This document shows positions 17,463-25,952 of a stretch of 26,191 nt of DNA, in pieces. Position 1 is the first letter of the stretch; each line of letters opens with the position of its first letter. Below the pieces are notes generated by a model that saw nothing but the letters and a program-made list of their open reading frames with translations, ran no database searches and was not told where the DNA came from. The translations under genes and the position numbers were made by a program. This DNA comes from a virus (lineage: Duplodnaviria > Caudoviricetes), in the IMG/VR virus record IMGVR_UViG_3300033475_000874, positions 1 to 26,191 of that record; one strand, given 5' to 3'.

Positions 17463-17870
17463 ATGGTAACATTACACCTATTAGCTTACTTGGAAGACAA
17501 CGGCTTTGGTGCTATGGATACCACCCTATTCTTTGAAAAGCTACCGCTAGGCAAAAACGGTTTAGCTATCTTCTCACGAGGTGGCGAGCGAGCATATGGG
17601 AGGAAGAGAGCAGTGCAAAGCTTTGACCTTTACTCTAGAGGTTCTAGTGATTTACTGGGATACGACAAGCTAGAGAAAGTCGCTGAGTTCTTTGCCAGCA
17701 ACTTTGACAACCTATGCCAGCTTCCGACAATCGAAAACGTGAGTAACAGAGTGTACAAAAATGCCCGGATAACGACGATAGACAACATTGAGAATCTAGG
17801 ACTAGATGAAAATGATAGAGTATTGTTTCGTCTGGGAGCGCAAATAATATATGAAAAACAGTCTTCTTAG
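17463..17870 (+). CDS. putative tail terminator/completion protein
   Basis: Just upstream of the tail tube; LGLDENDR--F motif. Confidence 0.65.
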   Translation: MVTLHLLAYLEDNGFGAMDTTLFFEKLPLGKNGLAIFSRGGERAYGRKRAVQSFDLYSRGSSDLLGYDKLEKVAEFFASNFDNLCQLPTIENVSNRVYKNARITTIDNIENLGLDENDRVLFRLGAQIIYEKQSS

Positions 17871-17893
17871 AAGACAGAAATTGGAGTAAGAAA

Positions 17894-18427
17894 ATGAGTG
17901 TACTTGGCGGACCAGCAGAAGTAGCGATTAACCACATCACTATACCTGCGTCACTATTAAGTGAAGTATCAGTAGAATTAACCGAAGGTACACGTGAGCG
18001 TGAAACGCTTGGCGGTACTTTTACTAAACCATCCGGTGTATTGGACACAGCAACTGTAACGTTTACTATGTTCTTGCCATCAATGGATTACCTAAAAAAC
18101 ATCTTCCCAGGACGATATAACGCACCATCGGGCGAACAGACTACAGGTAATGTAATCTTCAACTCTGATACTTGTGTTAGTACCGACGCTGGCCCAGTGA
18201 ATATCCACTATACGTGTGAACCGCTGGATAACAACGATGTTTACATTTACTCAGGATTGGCGCAGCTTAATTTCTCACCAACCTACAATGCGAGTGACGA
18301 TATCACTATCGAAGTCACCATTATGGCGCAACCGGATGGTTCAGGGAATGTAGCGAGATTAGGAACTGGAAATCTAACACAAGATAGCTATTACAACGCA
18401 ACCACAGAAACGACAGTGGTCAGTTAG
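17894..18427 (+). CDS. major tail (tail tube) protein
   Basis: Position after the neck genes; acidic, Thr-rich, beta-rich; GGAG SD. Confidence 0.75.
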   Translation: MSVLGGPAEVAINHITIPASLLSEVSVELTEGTRERETLGGTFTKPSGVLDTATVTFTMFLPSMDYLKNIFPGRYNAPSGEQTTGNVIFNSDTCVSTDAGPVNIHYTCEPLDNNDVYIYSGLAQLNFSPTYNASDDITIEVTIMAQPDGSGNVARLGTGNLTQDSYYNATTETTVVS

Positions 18428-18921
18428 TAATATTCAAAGTTAGTTCTGGCTTCATCGCCATATAGAGAAAGAGCGAAGCAGTCGTACATATAGGCTGCTT
18501 CTTCTTTTGTATCAAAATAACCTATATAGTGTGTCGTTCCGCACATCCATATAGTTGAGGCATACTTATTTCTCTTTTGCTGCACGCCTTTATAGCCCGA
18601 TCTACTAATACGCCATGGTCTTTTATTGAGATTTTGGATTGTAATGTTAGTCCAGCGGCAATTACTAGGACTGTACCCCTTGTCACTTTTAATTCTGTCT
18701 AACGATAATGACGGGTCTGGACGCTTACCCATATCATTGTAAAAATCTATAAAACTGTTTAACCATCTGTCGCAAACAGTGATACCTCTACCGCCATAGT
18801 TAACATAACCCTGATCATATTGATTAATACAACGTTGGATCATAGACGCCCATATTCTATACTCAGGCGTATTAGTTAAGCCGTGTTTTACGTATGCTCT
18901 TCTTTTTTGTATACTAGTCAT
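18424..18921 (-). CDS. HNH endonuclease with AP2 DNA-binding domain (homing endonuclease-like)
   Basis: KHG, W-SM-QRC, YGGRGITVCDRW, DRI---KGYSPSNCRW; C-terminal SGYKGV...IGYFDTKEEAA--YD. Confidence 0.9.
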   Translation of the reverse strand: MTSIQKRRAYVKHGLTNTPEYRIWASMIQRCINQYDQGYVNYGGRGITVCDRWLNSFIDFYNDMGKRPDPSLSLDRIKSDKGYSPSNCRWTNITIQNLNKRPWRISRSGYKGVQQKRNKYASTIWMCGTTHYIGYFDTKEEAAYMYDCFALSLYGDEARTNFEYY

Positions 18922-18987
18922 AAATACCTCCTATTTGCTTTTAGACGAGCGGGAGGTATTTTGTTACCTCTTGTATTTATTATACCA
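18922..18987 (-). promoter_or_regulatory. HNH gene promoter and RBS-sequestering leader
   Basis: Minus-strand TGGTATAAT (18987-18979); 10-bp inverted repeat 18922-18931/18952-18961 covering the GGAGG SD. Confidence 0.65.
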
Positions 18988-19017
18988 CTGTAGTCAGCTA
19001 GTAACTAAAGTATAGAG

Positions 19018-19041
19018 ATAGCCTTCGGGCTATTTTTATTT
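19018..19041 (+). terminator. rho-independent terminator
   Basis: ATAGCC-TTCG-GGCTAT (cUUCGg tetraloop) followed by TTTTATTT. Confidence 0.8.
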
Positions 19042-19233
19042 GTCGTATTCTAAAACAACGACAATCTCTTGGCGATTATTAGATTTGAAGCCCTGTGCCA
19101 TATCTTGGCTAGTTATGGCAATTACTCGCCACCCTGCTTTTGCGTATTCATTCAATAGTTGCTCTAGTTTAATCGGGTCAAACTTACCACCAAAGAACTT
19201 ATCAGCTTGTGTTAGTACCTTGTATTGTATCAT
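19036..19233 (-). CDS. DUF4177-like small protein
   Basis: QYKV...LEQLLNEYAKAGWRVI pattern; AAAGG SD. Confidence 0.75.
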   Translation of the reverse strand: MIQYKVLTQADKFFGGKFDPIKLEQLLNEYAKAGWRVIAITSQDMAQGFKSNNRQEIVVVLEYDK

Positions 19234-19257
19234 TACAACCTTTCTTATTACACAGTG

Positions 19258-19286
19258 AGTCTACCAAAACAGAAGCGGTATGTCAA
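19258..19286 (-). promoter_or_regulatory. sigma70 promoter for the DUF4177 gene
   Basis: Minus-strand TTGACA, 17-bp spacer, TAGACT with a TG extension. Confidence 0.65.
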
Positions 19287-19293
19287 GTGGTTT

Positions 19294-19302
19294 TGCTATA
19301 CT
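19294..19302 (+). promoter_or_regulatory. extended -10 promoter for the tail chaperone/tape measure module
   Basis: TGCTATACT, downstream of the terminator at 19018. Confidence 0.55.
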
Positions 19303-19325
19303 AGGAGTATAAAGAAGGAGTCTTA

Positions 19326-19682
19326 ATGTACGAAATCAAAACAAGTAACTATGTCAGTTCAAAGAAAATACTGATTGATGGTCAAGAATGGACTATGACA
19401 GCACCGGGTGCTGGTGATGAGTTAGCTCTAGGACAGGCTAAGCGTCGTTCTGAAATGATACAAAAAAAGATTGAAAGTGGCACCGCCGTTGAAGAAGACT
19501 ATGACCTTTACGAAAAACTAGAGGATCGTATGTTTAAGATATTCATTAAGCTATTCCGTGATAGTACCCCCGATAACTCTCAGGTGACTGCATGGGTAAA
19601 CAGCACACCGCTTGGCGTTATTTACGCCATTATGGAAGACATAAAGAAACAGGCCGAAGAGAAAGATGCCCAAGTATCTTGA
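19326..19682 (+). CDS. tail assembly chaperone
   Basis: Between tail tube and tape measure; AAGGAG SD; IDGQEW plus helical body. Confidence 0.65.
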   Translation: MYEIKTSNYVSSKKILIDGQEWTMTAPGAGDELALGQAKRRSEMIQKKIESGTAVEEDYDLYEKLEDRMFKIFIKLFRDSTPDNSQVTAWVNSTPLGVIYAIMEDIKKQAEEKDAQVS

Positions 19683-20004
19683 TATAAAGCCAGAAGACTT
19701 GAAAAAGGTCAATAACAATCGCTCCAATAGGGAGGCGATTGTTATTGATGACTACCATCTTTTTATAGCTGAGTTTGGTAAACACTATGGATGGGGAGGT
19801 GTTAGGGCTATATTAGACAATGAGATAGATACCGATACGGCTACTTGGTTAATACTGGCTGCCCGAAAGATAGACTCACGGTATGCTTTTAGTGATGCAC
19901 GAGCTTCTTTAATAGGTGCAAGTTCTGCACAGTCAAAGAAGCCTAGCCAAGTATTTAAAAAAGCAACGGCTGATCTCGTAAGAGATATGAAGGCGGACAT
20001 CTAA
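19666..20004 (+). CDS. second tail assembly chaperone-like protein
   Basis: Immediately before the tape measure gene; AEFG-HYGW motif. Confidence 0.6.
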   Translation: MPKYLDIKPEDLKKVNNNRSNREAIVIDDYHLFIAEFGKHYGWGGVRAILDNEIDTDTATWLILAARKIDSRYAFSDARASLIGASSAQSKKPSQVFKKATADLVRDMKADI

Positions 20005-22082
20005 TGGATAATGTCGGCTCGATTGAATACGATGCTCGAATTAATACGAGTAATTTTGCTAAAGATGCCGCTACTGTAGAGAGTCGAGCTAGCCAAGTAG
20101 CTGATAGCGTGGAGAGATCTGCGGGAGGTGGTTTCCGTAACTTCGCTTCACAAGCGTCTGACTCATTCGGTACGGTAGCTGATGGTCTTGGCAGAATACT
20201 AAAAAGCGCCCTTATTATAGGGACAACTGGCTCCGTCGGCATAGGAGCTATGACTAAAGCTTCTTGGGACCAAGTAAGTGCCGTGCAGCAAGCAACAGTA
20301 GCTCTGGGAGCCTATGAAAAAGATACTGGCAAGGTTAGTAAAACGCTTAGCGAACTAGTTGCCTATGCTCGATCTGATTTAGGTGTCCTTTTCAACCGCA
20401 AAGATTTATTCGCCGCCGCCCAGGGATTGAAGATAATGGGAGACAATACCGATCAACTGACCGACCATGTAAAGATTATGTCTCGATCTGTCGGCCTAGG
20501 GCTTTCAACTTGGGACGATCTGAGCCAAATAGTAGGTCGTGTTGGATCGACCGGCAGACTAACAGGTATCGATTTTGACAACCTTACTAAAGCAGGTTTT
20601 AAACTAGATAACAGTTTAAGAAACACCGATATAAGTTTTGATCAGTTATTTAAAGCTATGGACAAAGGTATCCCAGCAGACGCTATGGCTGGGCAAGCTA
20701 ACACGATAGTTGGTATGGGCGTAAGGCTTCAAACTGCTTTCAGAAACATTGGTGATGCTATTTTAGGAGTAGATAAAGACAGTGGTCAGTTCGTGAATGG
20801 CGGGCTTGGGAGTCGTTTGGTGGTGATGATGGGTACCCTAACAACTATAATGAAAGACCCTGGTCTAATAGGCGGATTTAAAAAGATGGGGCAAGCTATT
20901 GGCGACTTCGCCCAAGCCGCACTGCCTATAGTCTTGGATGGTTTTAAATGGATAGTCAATAACATTGGTGTAGTAGTATCTGGTATAACTTCACTCGCAG
21001 TTGCGTTTGTGGCTGCAAAAGTAGCTGCCATTGGGTTTTCTATAGCTGCTAGCGCTAACCCTGTAGGGCTGATAGCAGCTGCTGTTGTGGCCCTGATAGC
21101 AGGCTTAGTATACTTACAATTACAATTTGATATATTCGGTAAAGCTATGGCATTTATTAAACCAGTCACCGACCAGGTAGGCATAACATTTACTAACTTA
21201 TACAACATATTCGTTACATATATATTGCCTATATTGCAACAAGTAGCAGCATTCGTAATGGGGCAACTCAAAACCGCCTGGGATCAGATAATTGCTAGCA
21301 TTAACACAATAACAGCGGTGCTTAGCCCATATATATCTCAGACTCAATTACTACAGGTAGTTTTATATGCATTATTAATACCCTTAGGCCTAGTCGTAGG
21401 GGCTATTGTAGGATTCATAGCTATAGTAACTACAGTTATAGTAATAGTTGCTCGTGTTATAGGTTTCATCTCATCACTTATAGCCGCTTATTTCCAGCTA
21501 TCGGCCGCAGTAACGGCAGCAATGGCACAATTTGTCGGTGCTGTTGTGGGTGGTTTTAATACAGCTATAGGTTGGATGAACAAACTACCACAAACTATAC
21601 AGGGTGTATTTGCTGGGGCTGGTGATTGGCTTGTTAGTGCTGGGAAAAATATAGTTAACGGCCTAATTAACGGTATTAAAAGCGCTATAGGCGGGGCTAT
21701 AAGCGCCGCTTCTGATCTTGCTAGTAGTGTTACCAAGGCTGCACAAAGTGCGCTCAACATCCACTCTCCCTCCAGAGTATTCGCAGATATAGGTAAAAAT
21801 GTCGTGCTTGGTTTCGCCCAAGGTATAGACAACAACGCCGCACTTGCTAGTAACTCGATGGGTAGCATGCTGGGCAGTGTCGGGGGGCAGGGTACGTCTT
21901 CCCCGTCAGGCTCTCTCGGCTCGCTAGACTCAGCGCAAATGAAAGGCGGTAATAGTATCGTGAATAATATAAACTCCATCACCATAGGCTCTGAGGTTGA
22001 CGCAGACAGGGTTATTCAACGGCTAACTGGTGATCAAGAAGTCATTGGTAAGGGCTTAGTGCCTCAAACGAGGTATGCATAA
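20004..22082 (+). CDS. tape measure protein
   Basis: VGSIEYDARINT N-terminus, NPVGLI hydrophobic segments, GKNIVNGLINGI and IHSPSRVF motifs. Confidence 0.92.
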   Translation: MDNVGSIEYDARINTSNFAKDAATVESRASQVADSVERSAGGGFRNFASQASDSFGTVADGLGRILKSALIIGTTGSVGIGAMTKASWDQVSAVQQATVALGAYEKDTGKVSKTLSELVAYARSDLGVLFNRKDLFAAAQGLKIMGDNTDQLTDHVKIMSRSVGLGLSTWDDLSQIVGRVGSTGRLTGIDFDNLTKAGFKLDNSLRNTDISFDQLFKAMDKGIPADAMAGQANTIVGMGVRLQTAFRNIGDAILGVDKDSGQFVNGGLGSRLVVMMGTLTTIMKDPGLIGGFKKMGQAIGDFAQAALPIVLDGFKWIVNNIGVVVSGITSLAVAFVAAKVAAIGFSIAASANPVGLIAAAVVALIAGLVYLQLQFDIFGKAMAFIKPVTDQVGITFTNLYNIFVTYILPILQQVAAFVMGQLKTAWDQIIASINTITAVLSPYISQTQLLQVVLYALLIPLGLVVGAIVGFIAIVTTVIVIVARVIGFISSLIAAYFQLSAAVTAAMAQFVGAVVGGFNTAIGWMNKLPQTIQGVFAGAGDWLVSAGKNIVNGLINGIKSAIGGAISAASDLASSVTKAAQSALNIHSPSRVFADIGKNVVLGFAQGIDNNAALASNSMGSMLGSVGGQGTSSPSGSLGSLDSAQMKGGNSIVNNINSITIGSEVDADRVIQRLTGDQEVIGKGLVPQTRYA

Positions 22083-22852
22083 TGGATCCTTACTCAGTCA
22101 GCTTTGCGGGCAATGATTTGTCAGTCTTTACTGGTATTGATCTTTATAACCATGATTTTAACAAGTTGCCCAAGCGGGAGATTAAAATTAACAAGTTGGC
22201 ACGTCGTGACCTTTCGATCATTACATCAAGTGAGTATTCTGCTAAAGACATTCGGATATATATGGAAGTATGTGGTGGCAGTAGGGCAGACACCGAAGTG
22301 TTATTAACCTTCATTAAAGCACTAGTACAACCACAAAACGGCTTGTTAGTTGTTTCCCAGGGTGGTGAAACTACTGAGTACACCGCTACTATGAATGAAT
22401 TTAATTACTCTTGGCTCGGGGTACAGGCATTAGTAGAGATCGTATTCATAGCTAGCGACCCCATTGGACGTAACCAAGACGAGACAACTATATTCACATT
22501 GACAGGCATTACTTCGTCAACTACCTCAACCACGTTTGAAATTGGTGGCTCATCAACTGCCTATCCGCTTATTACCTATACCCTTAATACTGTAACTGGT
22601 GCTACATTGCAGGACGTTACTATATTAAATGCTCGTACTAACCAAGGTATTACCATTAACCGGACATGGGCGAACGGAGATATATTAACAATTGACAGCG
22701 ACTTGCTAGAGGCAAGAGTAAATGGTGCCGTAGTAGATTTCACTGGTATGTTCCCTCAGTTTGAGACAGGTGCTAACTCGCTTAGCTATAGCGACAGTTT
22801 CACCACCCGATCGTTCGATCTGACTGCCACCTATCAAGCGAGACTTGTGTAA
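22082..22852 (+). CDS. distal tail protein (Dit-like)
   Basis: Follows the tape measure gene; F-ASDP, GDILTIDS, G-FP-F--GAN-L-Y. Confidence 0.8.
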   Translation: MDPYSVSFAGNDLSVFTGIDLYNHDFNKLPKREIKINKLARRDLSIITSSEYSAKDIRIYMEVCGGSRADTEVLLTFIKALVQPQNGLLVVSQGGETTEYTATMNEFNYSWLGVQALVEIVFIASDPIGRNQDETTIFTLTGITSSTTSTTFEIGGSSTAYPLITYTLNTVTGATLQDVTILNARTNQGITINRTWANGDILTIDSDLLEARVNGAVVDFTGMFPQFETGANSLSYSDSFTTRSFDLTATYQARLV

Positions 22853-22853
22853 A

Positions 22854-22862
22854 TGCTATACT
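22854..22862 (+). promoter_or_regulatory. extended -10 promoter
   Basis: TGCTATACT followed by TAA in a short intergenic gap. Confidence 0.45.
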
Positions 22863-22881
22863 TAAGTAAAGGAGTTATTAA

Positions 22882-23250
22882 ATGAGTGCTTTCCCCTCAA
22901 CCAGCTATATCGCTAGCATATTAGGCTTAATTACAGGCTCAACGCCTCACTTAAGTTTGTATACTAGCGACCCGACTATCGCCGACACTGGTACTGAAGT
23001 AACTGGAGGGTCTTATGCTCGACAACCGATTACCTTTGGCTCGATCACGGCAGGTTCAATGTCTAACTCTGGCATTGTTACTTTCTCAGGACTACCGACA
23101 GCAACGATTACCCACTATGGCATTAGGACTGCTGTAACTGGTGGCACCCTGCGTGTATTCGGCTCTCTGAGCAGCGTTGGTGCGGTTATATCTGGTGACG
23201 AGATAACGTTTCCTATCGGTAACATACAAATAAGCCTAGCAGGAAGTTAA
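22882..23250 (+). CDS. small tail/fibre structural protein
   Basis: LSLYTSDP, TEVTGGSYARQPITF, ITHYGI--A-TGG, GD---F motifs common in phage tail modules. Confidence 0.75.
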   Translation: MSAFPSTSYIASILGLITGSTPHLSLYTSDPTIADTGTEVTGGSYARQPITFGSITAGSMSNSGIVTFSGLPTATITHYGIRTAVTGGTLRVFGSLSSVGAVISGDEITFPIGNIQISLAGS

Positions 23251-23251
23251 C

Positions 23252-25246
23252 ATGGCGATTTTTACCACCCTCCGGGATGGTTTTAACGGTACTTCAATAG
23301 ACACCGCCTTGTGGGATGTATCAACGTCTGGCGGAGTAACTGTTACACAAAACGACCAGCTTATTGTTACCCCTGTAAATTCCGCTAGCCAAGCTTACGG
23401 AGCGGTTACTTCAGACAATACCTATGATTTAACAAACAGCCTATTGAAAGTGAAGGTTGTTCAGACAATTTCCAGTTCTCCATCGGCTGAAACATACCTA
23501 AAACTAAAAAATACAGCGGGTACAGAGTTTTTTTTGATGAGCCAAAGTGGGACTCGTCTTTATATGACAGAGTTCTATGGCGGGTCATTCTACACAAATT
23601 TTACGACTTATAGCCCGACGACTCATTTATGGTGGCAAATTAGTCATGCAACCCCCTACGTATATTGGGAGACTTCGGCAGACGGGGTGAATTGGACAGT
23701 GAGGGGTATCGCCGACGAGGGACATTTTAATATTACTGCCCTTAAGGCAGAGCTTGGGGCGGGGACAAATGCGAGTGTGGTTGGTTTAACAACCGGATTA
23801 TTCGACAGTGTCAATATAAATACCTACACTAAATCTGCCTCTGGCACTCTTGTCTTCTCCGGTGGGGCTACAAGAAAACTGAAGGCTTATCGTTCTGCCT
23901 CTGGTACACTCACCTTTTCTGGTAACGTACTCGGTATTCAACGCCAAGACCCCTCACGCATAGAAGAGAAGCGCTATTTGTATAAAGTGTACGATACAAG
24001 CAATACATTCTTAGGGGTGTGGGATGACGTGGTAAGTGACCCTAGCTGGAGCGAAGAACTTAACTCGGCCGGTTCAAGTATGTCTGTTACGCTGGCTCGT
24101 AACTCAGATAGCCGTGTGGTTGACTTTAGCACTATGCTTGACGAAACGGGGGCTATTATAAATGATGAGAACAGTAACACCATACTCACATCGACCGAGA
24201 GCCGTAATAAAGTAGGTGCTGGCTCGGATCTTGACCATAACTATCGAGTTGATCTGTATGTTTATTACGGGGAAGAAGCAGCGATCTTAGATGAGAATAG
24301 CTTGTATATTCTTGATGAAAATGGTGAGCAAATTATAGGCACGACTGGCTCTCCGAATGGAGTGAGAAGATTTACAGGGTTTGTCAGTGAGATAAACATT
24401 CAATACGGTAATTCTGAAACGACCCAAGTCCAATTAATGAGTTACGGGTTTGATCTTGACCAATACCCGGTTATGAGTGGCGCTAATACAACGGTAGCTT
24501 TTAATTCATATGACCCGTCAAACATTGTGAAGGGGGGTATGGACTTATTTATTGCACAATCCTCTAATACATTCACGACATATACCGCAGCTACGATTGA
24601 CCTGACTGGTACGGTAGTAAGCTACACATTCAAATCAAACACCTACTTGGAGCTAATTAAGAAGTCAGTCGAACTAGCTCCCACTGGTTGGTACTGGCAC
24701 GTTGACCTTGGTACTAATGAGGTAGTGTTTAGACAAAAAGCAAGCACCCCTCACCATTACTTCTATCTAGGCAAGCATATACAATCACTCAATCTCCGCT
24801 CATACATCGGGGATGTGGTGAATGACGTGATTTTCACAGGTGGCGGCGACCCCGCTTTGTATAATAGATATACGGCTACCCCCGCTGCTAACACCCGACG
24901 TGGCTTGAAGCGCTTGTCAGATAACCGTGTGACGTTAGATGCTTCAGCACAAATATTGTCTGAAGGTGAGATAAATGATAATAATAAAGTACAGTACCGA
25001 TCGACTGTAACAATCCTCGACAAAACATATGATATTGAAAGTATTAAGGTCGGCGAGGTAGTGGCTTTTAGGAACTTCGGTAACTATGTTGACTCTGTAA
25101 CAATGCAGATTGTCGCCTTTAACTACACGCCTGATGCGATTACTCTTCAGTTAGATACATTACCCGACAATACCAATAAGAGACTTGAGGATCTGAGGAG
25201 AAGCCTCAAGCTGCAGGAAAATGAAACCGTGCCTGTTGCCCCCTAG
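23252..25246 (+). CDS. tail protein: N-terminal lectin/ConA-like beta-sandwich and C-terminal baseplate hub-like region
   Basis: WETSADG-NW beta-sandwich; RRFTGFV, N-VIFTGG, DIESIKVG and C-terminal coiled coil typical of hub/minor tail proteins. Confidence 0.7.
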   Translation: MAIFTTLRDGFNGTSIDTALWDVSTSGGVTVTQNDQLIVTPVNSASQAYGAVTSDNTYDLTNSLLKVKVVQTISSSPSAETYLKLKNTAGTEFFLMSQSGTRLYMTEFYGGSFYTNFTTYSPTTHLWWQISHATPYVYWETSADGVNWTVRGIADEGHFNITALKAELGAGTNASVVGLTTGLFDSVNINTYTKSASGTLVFSGGATRKLKAYRSASGTLTFSGNVLGIQRQDPSRIEEKRYLYKVYDTSNTFLGVWDDVVSDPSWSEELNSAGSSMSVTLARNSDSRVVDFSTMLDETGAIINDENSNTILTSTESRNKVGAGSDLDHNYRVDLYVYYGEEAAILDENSLYILDENGEQIIGTTGSPNGVRRFTGFVSEINIQYGNSETTQVQLMSYGFDLDQYPVMSGANTTVAFNSYDPSNIVKGGMDLFIAQSSNTFTTYTAATIDLTGTVVSYTFKSNTYLELIKKSVELAPTGWYWHVDLGTNEVVFRQKASTPHHYFYLGKHIQSLNLRSYIGDVVNDVIFTGGGDPALYNRYTATPAANTRRGLKRLSDNRVTLDASAQILSEGEINDNNKVQYRSTVTILDKTYDIESIKVGEVVAFRNFGNYVDSVTMQIVAFNYTPDAITLQLDTLPDNTNKRLEDLRRSLKLQENETVPVAP

Positions 25247-25257
25247 GAATAGTAAAC

Positions 25258-25266
25258 TGTTATAAT
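25258..25266 (+). promoter_or_regulatory. extended -10 promoter
   Basis: TGTTATAAT followed by TAAAGTATAGA. Confidence 0.5.
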
Positions 25267-25293
25267 TAAAGTATAGAACAAGGAGAAATATAA

Positions 25294-25944
25294 ATGCCAA
25301 AATTTGGGGACTACACCGCTTCGACAGCACCAAACCAGGGTGATCTTTTACTCATAAAAGATATTAATACAAATAGTACTAAGAAGATTACTCGCAGTAA
25401 CTTATTAGTTGGTACAGCGTTACCCACTAATACGGTAACTACGGCGGCTATTACTGATGCGGCAGTTACATCCGCTAAGTTGAGTGGGATTAATAAATCA
25501 TTATTAACTACGGATAGTAACCCTTATAAGTTTAGTGCTTATCTGTCTTCTGGTCAGACCGTAGCTAATGCTGATGTTAAAATAACATGCCAGACAGAGT
25601 TGTTTGATACTAATAGTAATTATGATAATGTTACAAACTTTAGGTACGTTGCACCAGTAACTGGATTCTATTTTTTTAATGCTGCAGCTACTACCTTCAT
25701 CGGTAACGGTAATGTAATAATTGCTAAGCTTTTCAAAAATGGTGTTATAGCGAAGCGAGGGAGCTGGGCAAGCAATAATACGGGTGGTGCGAATACCATT
25801 ACATCCAATGTTAGTGCTTTCTTAAGTTTAACTGCTAGCGATTATGTAGAATTATACACAAATCACTCCCAGGTATCGACAAGTACTATTAATGGCACGC
25901 TAGATCAAACATATTTTGAAGGCTACCTAATCTGTAGAACTTAA
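25294..25944 (+). CDS. tail fibre/receptor-binding protein with a C1q-like domain
   Basis: VTTAAITDAAVTSAKL stalk; FSAY...FDTNSNYD...YVAPVTGFYFF...L-LTASDYVELY...TYFEGYL C1q pattern. Confidence 0.75.
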   Translation: MPKFGDYTASTAPNQGDLLLIKDINTNSTKKITRSNLLVGTALPTNTVTTAAITDAAVTSAKLSGINKSLLTTDSNPYKFSAYLSSGQTVANADVKITCQTELFDTNSNYDNVTNFRYVAPVTGFYFFNAAATTFIGNGNVIIAKLFKNGVIAKRGSWASNNTGGANTITSNVSAFLSLTASDYVELYTNHSQVSTSTINGTLDQTYFEGYLICRT

Positions 25945-25952
25945 GGAGGACT

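Noticed and set aside
18424-18921. HNH gene as part of a group I intron or intein
   Set aside because: It is free-standing on the opposite strand and the flanking genes appear complete
19630-19690. Programmed -1 frameshift joining the two tail chaperone ORFs (lambda G/GT style)
   Set aside because: No XXXYYYZ slippery heptamer is seen, the second ORF is in the +1 frame, and it has its own ATG
10726-21985. Long minus-strand ORFs such as 10726-11271, 12960-13385, 14345-14785, 20786-21271 and 21488-21985
   Set aside because: They are antisense shadows of well-supported + strand genes with biased codon use, and show no recognisable motifs
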